64,000 nt of DNA from Betaproteobacteria bacterium TMED22 (GTDB taxonomy: Bacteria > Pseudomonadota > Gammaproteobacteria > Burkholderiales > Eutrophovitaceae), in the NCBI GenBank assembly GCA_002167745.1, contig NHCB01000003.1, forward strand, positions 16,377-80,376, given 5' to 3'. How positions within the stretch are numbered: position 1 is the first letter of the stretch; the number at the start of each line of letters is the position of its first letter. Both the position numbers and the translations under genes were made by a program. Positions 58,449 to 64,000 of the stretch are shown piece by piece. The notes beneath the pieces were generated by a model. That model did no database searches, had not been told where the DNA came from, and saw only the letters and a program-made list of their open reading frames with translations.

Positions 58449-59249
58449 TTAGAGATGAGAATACATTTGCGAAACGATATTTCTTCCCTCAGTCGTTTCC
58501 CTCAAAAGCATGATTTCTTCGCCGACAACAGGATATAGGCGTTCCCAAAAATATTGAACCCATTTTTGTCTGAAATCAGCGAGATCCTTAAATACGGTTG
58601 AATTGATTAAGTTTGCCTCTTTTGCTGACAAATAAAACTCCACCAGTTTGCGTTCATAGTTTTGATCTGACATCAGAGTTATGACTTGAATCGCACGAAC
58701 ATATTTGGCTATCTCACCGGCATCTGCAGAGGGATCTGGTGCTTTTCCGAAAAAGTCAGAGTATTCAATTGCTCGACTAACTAATTCGTAATTTATGCTC
58801 GAGTCTAAAAACGATATTTCTTGAATGAATTTAGTGCTTCGGAAGGATTTATAGGGCCATAGCGAGGAGTCGGTAAAGCTTTGATCTATGAAACGCGGTT
58901 TTTCATTATCTATTTTTTGATGATCGCCATTATCCTCGTTCAAAATACCCCTAATAACTCCTATATTACAAAATAGCACGGAAGCCATTAAGTTAATGAT
59001 CTGAGCTGGCCTGACCAAGCCGTCTCGGCATCGCATCGCATTAAGGATATGAAGCCCGACAATTGATGTGGAGAGTACGTGACTGAGTGAAAAATAGAGG
59101 CTACTTGACTTTGCGGATCGCGTGAACGAAATCAATGCCATATTTTTGATTACCTCTGATGCTGCAAGCACATCTGAATTCTGGTATTCAATGGACTCGG
59201 CTAGAACTTTTTCAAATTCTGCTTTAGCGATTCTCGTGAAATTAATCAT
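58449..59249 (-). CDS. Degenerate HD-superfamily paralogue (predicted catalytically inactive), translationally coupled to the upstream HD-GAF gene
   Basis: Aligns by eye along its length with the N-terminal half of the 59246..60592 product: LYFSLSHV vs LYHDVEHT, VLFCNIGVIRGIL vs LLFHDIGYVKNIL, TDSSLWPYKSFRSTKFIQE vs TDASLTPYHVERGKLFIHQ. The HD dyad is replaced by CN. ATGA overlap at 59246..59249. Confidence 0.65.
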   Translation of the reverse strand: MINFTRIAKAEFEKVLAESIEYQNSDVLAASEVIKNMALISFTRSAKSSSLYFSLSHVLSTSIVGLHILNAMRCRDGLVRPAQIINLMASVLFCNIGVIRGILNEDNGDHQKIDNEKPRFIDQSFTDSSLWPYKSFRSTKFIQEISFLDSSINYELVSRAIEYSDFFGKAPDPSADAGEIAKYVRAIQVITLMSDQNYERKLVEFYLSAKEANLINSTVFKDLADFRQKWVQYFWERLYPVVGEEIMLLRETTEGRNIVSQMYSHL

Positions 59250-60592
59250 TCGTGAAAGTCCTTACTTATATAAGTACTGACATGTTTCATGAGCTCTAAG
59301 ACGGACGGATCGAGTACTTCCGGGTCAGGGCTAAAAAACTCAAGAACCCATCGAACGCCCAAACCGTCACTTAATGGAAAAGCAAATGCGCCGCGGACTC
59401 CAATATCACTTGCTAATTTAGCACGAGGAAAATTAGGATCCACGGTGACATCGAAAACAGTTTGCAAAGCCCCTGTACTGCAAACTCTACCAGGCAGGCC
59501 TTCTCCAGATTTAAAAATATAACTCTCACTGATTTTTTTGAATTCCTTCAGCGCGTCATTAGTTTTGTCCGAGTACCAGATTTTCATTGACCGGAGCAGC
59601 GCATCATCATCATTTCGTTGGACAACATAGGCGTGACCTAACGGCCAATCTTTATACTTACATATTTTCTCTAAAATGAGGACAATCAATTCTTCAATTT
59701 TATATTTTCGCGCTTTTATTTTTGTGATTTCACTCAAAAGATCAATGCCACTTTTCTCAAGCTCCGCTTTGTGGCTTTGTGAAAATACGTGATAATTTAA
59801 ACTGGATATCCAGTCTCTGCCTTGATCACTAACTTTCAAATAGTCAAGTGCGGCGCCGATATGAGGTTTAACGAAATTAAGAAAAAATGCCGGATATCCG
59901 GCACGGAGATCATCAGGTGATTGATAACCCATCTTGCTTGCCGCCCCAGTTTCGCTGAATTCGTAAAATAATCTGGGTATCTTGATGTCATACATGGGGT
60001 CGGCGAGCTGACCTATTAAATCTGCAGATCCCACTAAGTTAGCTAGAGCATGAAATTTCTCTTCTTCTTTGCTGCTGGCCGCATTGCGATCAGGTATTGG
60101 GAACTGCGTATAGCTTATAAGGTTTTCGAGTAATGCTTTATCAATGTCTTTATGCCAATTTCTCTGATGTATGAAGAGTTTTCCCCGTTCAACGTGGTAG
60201 GGCGTTAAACTAGCGTCAGTATCGCCGGGTGCTAAAGTGCGGGTTTCACCATTGGAGTTAATGACTTGCGTCATGCCTTTGTCGCCAGCAAGAATATTTT
60301 TCACGTATCCGATATCGTGAAAGAGCAGGGCCAGGGTGAAGTGAAGCCAATCAGATGCGTCGAGTTCGCCTTCAAGAGTTTTTTTGCCTGCAAATATTTC
60401 CTGACCGCATAACGTGACCAGGGAGGTATGTTCGACGTCGTGATACAAGGCATCAGATCTACTAATAAGGTTCATTGATGTATGAACCGCATCAGCGATG
60501 ATGTTCAAATAGTCAGGCGGACTTTGAGGTAGTATCTCTTTTCTTTTTTGCTCTAGTCGAGAAATAAAGTCATTTTTGATGTTTATGAGCAT
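59246..60592 (-). CDS. HD-domain phosphohydrolase fused to a C-terminal GAF domain
   Basis: N-terminal YHDVEHTS ... LLFHDIGY ... GSADLIGQ (H..H / HD / D pattern). C-terminal GEGLPGRVCSTGALQTVFDVTVDPNFPRAKLASDIGVRGAFAFPL...VLEFFS is a typical GAF. Confidence 0.8.
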   Translation of the reverse strand: MLINIKNDFISRLEQKRKEILPQSPPDYLNIIADAVHTSMNLISRSDALYHDVEHTSLVTLCGQEIFAGKKTLEGELDASDWLHFTLALLFHDIGYVKNILAGDKGMTQVINSNGETRTLAPGDTDASLTPYHVERGKLFIHQRNWHKDIDKALLENLISYTQFPIPDRNAASSKEEEKFHALANLVGSADLIGQLADPMYDIKIPRLFYEFSETGAASKMGYQSPDDLRAGYPAFFLNFVKPHIGAALDYLKVSDQGRDWISSLNYHVFSQSHKAELEKSGIDLLSEITKIKARKYKIEELIVLILEKICKYKDWPLGHAYVVQRNDDDALLRSMKIWYSDKTNDALKEFKKISESYIFKSGEGLPGRVCSTGALQTVFDVTVDPNFPRAKLASDIGVRGAFAFPLSDGLGVRWVLEFFSPDPEVLDPSVLELMKHVSTYISKDFHE

Positions 60593-60601
60593 ATTGTTCG
60601 C

Positions 60602-60625
60602 TTATATTTTATATTGAAAATATAA
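60602..60625 (-). repeat. AT-only inverted repeat (9-bp arms, 6-nt spacer) between a GGGGAG motif and the HD-GAF start codon
   Basis: Plus strand: TTATATTTT (60602..60610) / ATATTG / AAAATATAA (60617..60625). RC of 60626..60631 is GGGGAG. The ATG of the HD-GAF gene is at 60592. Confidence 0.5.
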
Positions 60626-60725
60626 CTCCCCACATTTTCATGGTAACAGGTGAAATGACTTCCGGGGCATTAAGTTACACATGCCTAAAAACTTTTCGCT
60701 TCTACTTGGTGACGGGTAGGATTCA

Positions 60726-61571
60726 TCAAGGATTCCTTGATGAATAGCTCCCTTGTAAGCCGGATAATTGCTCATCAACAATTTTTTGTAACCCGAGGGA
60801 TCGCGCAGCCGGAGATGAGAACTTGGCATAGTGAGTTAAAAAGTAAATTCGTCCACCCCTTGATAGTAGACCCTCGGCAGAGATCGGATCTAGTTTTCTC
60901 CACTCATCGGCGAGTCTTTGTGTGAGGTTTTTTCCGAATTCGGGTATCGCGCTTGCAAGAATGTCGGCTTCTTGACAAATGACAGCTTGCCAAGCTGGAT
61001 GATTTAACTCAAATTCTGTGGTTTGGGCGCCTTTATGCAGTCTCGCATAGAGCGTTGGGTCGGTACTCCATATTATGCGTTTGATATCGTATATGTCCTT
61101 TTGATTGCATTTTGCAGCCTCTAATAAGGGGCGGATCAATCTAAAAGATCGTGATTCCAACTGGCAAGTCGAACTATTTCTGCTGCCATTATGGCCGGCA
61201 TCATGACCTGCCATTGCAACAAGTACGAGTATTTCTTCTCCGAGAAGAGATTTAGTGGTTATTTTGTTTATTTTTCGGTGCTCGAGCAATAAGGCGGTTA
61301 GGCTCTCCAGTACAATTGCGGTGTGTAATCTTGAGTGGTAGTTGGGCTCCTTATTTTTTCTTGCCATTTTTTTACACGAGTGTTCAACAAAATTAGAAAC
61401 AGCCAAGCCAGCAGCTATCAATCTGGACACTCTTTCGGTTTCTGGGTCAAATGGAGAGATGAGTCCGAGCCGCTCATAGCATGACCTGAAGGTTTCTCTC
61501 ATGCCGATCCAGTTGTCTGGCCAGTTGGATTGCAAGTCCCTAATTTTTTTTGATAAGACTTGTATCGACAT
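60726..61571 (-). CDS. HD-superfamily protein with a class I cyclic-nucleotide-phosphodiesterase-like motif set
   Basis: YHSRLHTAIVLESLTALL ... ILVLVAMAGHDAGHNGSRN ... QLES ... IIWSTD, compared with the eukaryotic PDE pattern YHNxxHAxDVxQ ... HDxxHxGxxN ... LENHH ... ATD. Start set to ATG 61571 (GGAG 8 nt upstream); the track start at 61610 adds 13 codons. Confidence 0.7.
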   Translation of the reverse strand: MSIQVLSKKIRDLQSNWPDNWIGMRETFRSCYERLGLISPFDPETERVSRLIAAGLAVSNFVEHSCKKMARKNKEPNYHSRLHTAIVLESLTALLLEHRKINKITTKSLLGEEILVLVAMAGHDAGHNGSRNSSTCQLESRSFRLIRPLLEAAKCNQKDIYDIKRIIWSTDPTLYARLHKGAQTTEFELNHPAWQAVICQEADILASAIPEFGKNLTQRLADEWRKLDPISAEGLLSRGGRIYFLTHYAKFSSPAARSLGLQKIVDEQLSGLQGSYSSRNP

Positions 61572-61752
61572 ATTCAATGCTCCAATAAACAGGTTGTTAT
61601 TTTGGCACATATCAGTCGATAAATAATCAGATTTTTTGATTACTTTTAGTATGTTCGTGTTTGCGCTTTATCTTCGCTGTGTTGTCCGCTGCTCTTGGTC
61701 TTTTCATTCGTTGTAACGTAAAATGTAATATTTAATTGATTGACTGATACCT

Positions 61753-63147
61753 ATGGTTCGTACTCGTTTTGCTCCCAGCCCTACCGGATATCTGCATATT
61801 GGTGGGGCGCGGACTGCGCTTTACGCGTGGGCCTATGCTAGGAAGCACGGTGGCCAGTTTATCCTGCGAGTTGAGGATACTGACCAGGAGAGATCATCTG
61901 CGGATTCAGTGCAAGCGATCCTTGACTCGATGTCTTGGTTGGGTCTTGATTATGATGAGGGTCCGGTTTTCCAAATGGATCGACTTGTTAGGTACCGGGA
62001 AGTTGCCGAGAGTTTGCTGATCAAAGGTAAAGCCTACTGGTGTTATGCGACGCCTGAGGAGTTAACAGCGATGCGAGAAGCGCAACGAGGCGCTGGTCTT
62101 AAGCCTCGCTATGATGGGAGATGGAGGCCTGAAAATTCTGTGGGAAAAACGCCTCCAGAGGACATTAAGCCTGTGTTGAGGTTTAGAAATCCTGACGCAG
62201 GTGATGTTGTTTGGGATGATTTGGTTAAAGGCAAGATAAGCGTTTCGAATGAGGAGCTTGACGATTTCGTGTTGTTGCGCGGAGATGGCACACCCACATA
62301 CAATTTTGGGGTGGTAGTTGATGATCATGATATGAACTTGACGCACGTGATTCGAGGTGATGACCACGTGAATAACACGCCAAGGCAAATTAATGTCTAC
62401 CAAGCGCTTAATCTTGAAATGCCTGTGTTCGGTCATGTTCCTATGATTTTAGGAGATGATGGTGAGCGTCTATCCAAGCGACATGGGGCGGTTAGCGTGA
62501 CTCAGTATCGAGATGATGGAGTTCTGCCTGATGCATTACTGAATTATTTGGCCCGTTTGGGATGGTCGCATGGGGACGAAGAGGTTTTTACTAAAAATCA
62601 GTTTGTGGCTTGGTTTGATTTAGAGCATGTGAGTCGTTCTCCTGCTAAATTCGATGGCGCTAAACTTAACTGGATAAATGGGGAGCATATTAAACTTGAG
62701 AGTAACGAGTCGCTCGCCGACATTATTCGTAACAGCCCTGCGACTAAGGAGGTTAAATGGGAAGATGGGCCAGATTTGCCGAAACTAATCTCGTTGATCA
62801 AAGATCGAGCGACCTCAATTCATGAGTTAGTAGAGTCAGTGCTGGTTTTTTTTCAGAAGATAAGTATTAGTGAGGAAGATCGAGTCAAGTTTCTGACTCC
62901 GGAGATAAAGCCAGTGATAGATTCGTTTACGAATTCATTACGACGCGTTGAGTGGGAGCGAGCATCAATAGGAGCAAGCATTAAAAATACGTTGAAAGAA
63001 TTTGGAATTAAAATGCCCCAACTGGCGATGCCTTTAAGGCTTTTATTGACTGGGCAAACACAGACTCCAGCGATTGACGCCGTCATTGAATTAATCGGGA
63101 GAGAGCAAGTATTGAGGCGCCTAGAGGCCGGAATTTCTTCTCTTTAG
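61753..63147 (+). CDS. gltX: Glutamate--tRNA ligase
   Basis: RFAPSPTGYLHIGGARTAL (HIGH) and KLSKRHG (KMSKS). Confidence 0.97.
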   Translation: MVRTRFAPSPTGYLHIGGARTALYAWAYARKHGGQFILRVEDTDQERSSADSVQAILDSMSWLGLDYDEGPVFQMDRLVRYREVAESLLIKGKAYWCYATPEELTAMREAQRGAGLKPRYDGRWRPENSVGKTPPEDIKPVLRFRNPDAGDVVWDDLVKGKISVSNEELDDFVLLRGDGTPTYNFGVVVDDHDMNLTHVIRGDDHVNNTPRQINVYQALNLEMPVFGHVPMILGDDGERLSKRHGAVSVTQYRDDGVLPDALLNYLARLGWSHGDEEVFTKNQFVAWFDLEHVSRSPAKFDGAKLNWINGEHIKLESNESLADIIRNSPATKEVKWEDGPDLPKLISLIKDRATSIHELVESVLVFFQKISISEEDRVKFLTPEIKPVIDSFTNSLRRVEWERASIGASIKNTLKEFGIKMPQLAMPLRLLLTGQTQTPAIDAVIELIGREQVLRRLEAGISSL

Positions 63148-63163
63148 CGGCCGGACAAAAAGC

Positions 63164-63192
63164 TTTACACGGTCATAGTCACTCCGTATAAT
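63164..63192 (+). promoter_or_regulatory. Candidate sigma-70 promoter for the tRNA-Ala/tRNA-Glu pair
   Basis: TTTACA (63164..63169), 17 nt spacer, TATAAT (63187..63192), followed by a GC-containing discriminator (TTAGCGCTCG), 16 nt before the tRNA-Ala 5' end. Confidence 0.55.
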
Positions 63193-63208
63193 TTAGCGCT
63201 CGTTTGCT

Positions 63209-63284
<76 letters not shown>

Positions 63285-63304
63285 AGCACGCGAAGACGAA
63301 TTAA

Positions 63305-63380
63305 GACCCCATCGTCTAGAGGCCTAGGACACTGCCCTTTCACGGCGGCGACAGGGGTTCGAATCCCCTTGGGGTCGCCA
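63305..63380 (+). tRNA. tRNA-Glu (anticodon UUC)
   Basis: GACCCCA/TGGGGTC acceptor stem, GTCTAGAGGCCTAGGAC D-arm, anticodon loop CTTTCAC, T-loop GGTTCGAATCCCC, CCA encoded. Confidence 0.95.
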
Positions 63381-63390
63381 TAAAATCAAG

Positions 63391-63419
63391 GACTTAGCCA
63401 AAAGCTAGGTCTTTTTTTT
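63391..63419 (+). terminator. Rho-independent terminator after tRNA-Glu
   Basis: GACTTAGC-CAAAA-GCTAGGTC (one G:U pair) followed by T8. Confidence 0.75.
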
Positions 63420-63527
63420 CGCCCAAAACCGCCATAATCCGCTATTATTTAATATGAATGGGTACCAAATGGGTACCGTAACGGGGGTGGGGATGGCTAA
63501 AATAGTATATCGAAGAGATCGTAAAAC

Positions 63528-63839
63528 TTGGCGGTTAGATTGGTGAAAAGAAGAAAGCAAAGCGTACGAGAAGCAACATTAGATTATCTTGCTAACCTGT
63601 ATTTAAATGATGAAAACATAGACAACTTTTTTACAAGTAAAACACTACGGGAATTTTGTTTTATCTATTGTGATGAACATGATCCAGAAGAACCCGTTAA
63701 CGCACTAAGACATTACAAAAAAAGCGGCATGATTGATTACACGTGTACCAATCGTAACAAAGGTGAATATCAATTAACGTTCATGAACATTTGTATTGAT
63801 ACGATTGAAGGTTTGGACGTCGAGCCAATTAAAATTTAG
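63528..63839 (+). CDS. Hypothetical protein (103 aa) in the AT-rich segment downstream of tRNA-Glu
   Basis: Only an ORF with a TTG start. No motif recognised. Composition is visibly more AT-rich than the flanking core genes. Confidence 0.3.
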   Translation: MAVRLVKRRKQSVREATLDYLANLYLNDENIDNFFTSKTLREFCFIYCDEHDPEEPVNALRHYKKSGMIDYTCTNRNKGEYQLTFMNICIDTIEGLDVEPIKI

Positions 63840-64000
63840 ATATGAACCATTACTGTAAGTTATATATTTGCCAACTGGCTATATCATAGGGACTTCTTTG
63901 GTTACTCAATGATCGAAATAGCAGTGGCTGTGAACGTCACCAATTTGACATCGATCGCGTCACCGGACTGAACTGACCCTATGACTGAAATATTACTACC

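Noticed and set aside
61603-61618. TGGCAC motif upstream of gltX as a possible sigma-54 promoter
   Set aside because: Ten nucleotides after the GG the sequence is TC, not GC, so no -12 element. A housekeeping tRNA synthetase is also an unlikely RpoN target.

Overview
This 64 kb window is a chromosomal segment of a moderately AT-rich proteobacterium. The gene order (tsaB-rimI-udg, alr-radA, tig-clpP-clpX-lon-hupB-tRNA-tRNA-ppiD, mltD-gloB-MTase-rnhA-dnaQ) looks Beta/Gammaproteobacteria-like, but the taxon cannot be fixed from the sequence alone. Most of the window is densely packed core metabolism and housekeeping. Reading left to right: (1) a lexA-imuA SOS cassette with a long palindromic operator. 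(2) A complete urea module, urtABCDE plus ureDABCEFG, behind a sigma-54-type promoter. (3) An exported SAM methyltransferase, fhs, a GltD-like Fe-S flavoprotein, an HNH nuclease and an M48 peptidase. (4) A minus-strand block with a LcdH/lambda-crystallin-type dehydrogenase, a BKACE enzyme, heme A synthase, a thiolase and an acyl-CoA dehydrogenase. (5) tsaB-rimI-udg-alr-radA. (6) A beta-oxidation and electron-transfer block: acyl-CoA synthetase, etfBA, a long ACAD, two hotdog thioesterases and ETF-QO. (7) hpnC-hpnD-hpnE squalene synthesis coupled to an SDR gene. (8) tRNA-Leu, then tig-clpP-clpX-lon-hupB, tRNA-Val, tRNA-Asp, ppiD, fabI, mltD, gloB, MTase, rnhA and dnaQ. (9) A less ordinary stretch between dnaQ and gltX (53.5-61.6 kb). 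It holds a DUF2256 mini-protein (missed by the ORF track) coupled to an Fe-S (6-4)-photolyase-type protein, a small secreted protein, a 3-TM cyclic-nucleotide-binding protein, an aldehyde dehydrogenase and DUF3429. It also holds a three-gene minus-strand cluster of HD-superfamily paralogues: one with a eukaryote-type class I PDE-like motif set, one HD+GAF, and one with every metal ligand substituted. I consider that cluster the best candidate for an undescribed system. (10) gltX, tRNA-Ala and tRNA-Glu, followed by a visibly more AT-rich segment that looks like the edge of a tRNA-associated island. I saw no rRNA, CRISPR array or recognisable IS element. All calls rest on reading the translations and motifs by eye; no searches were run.
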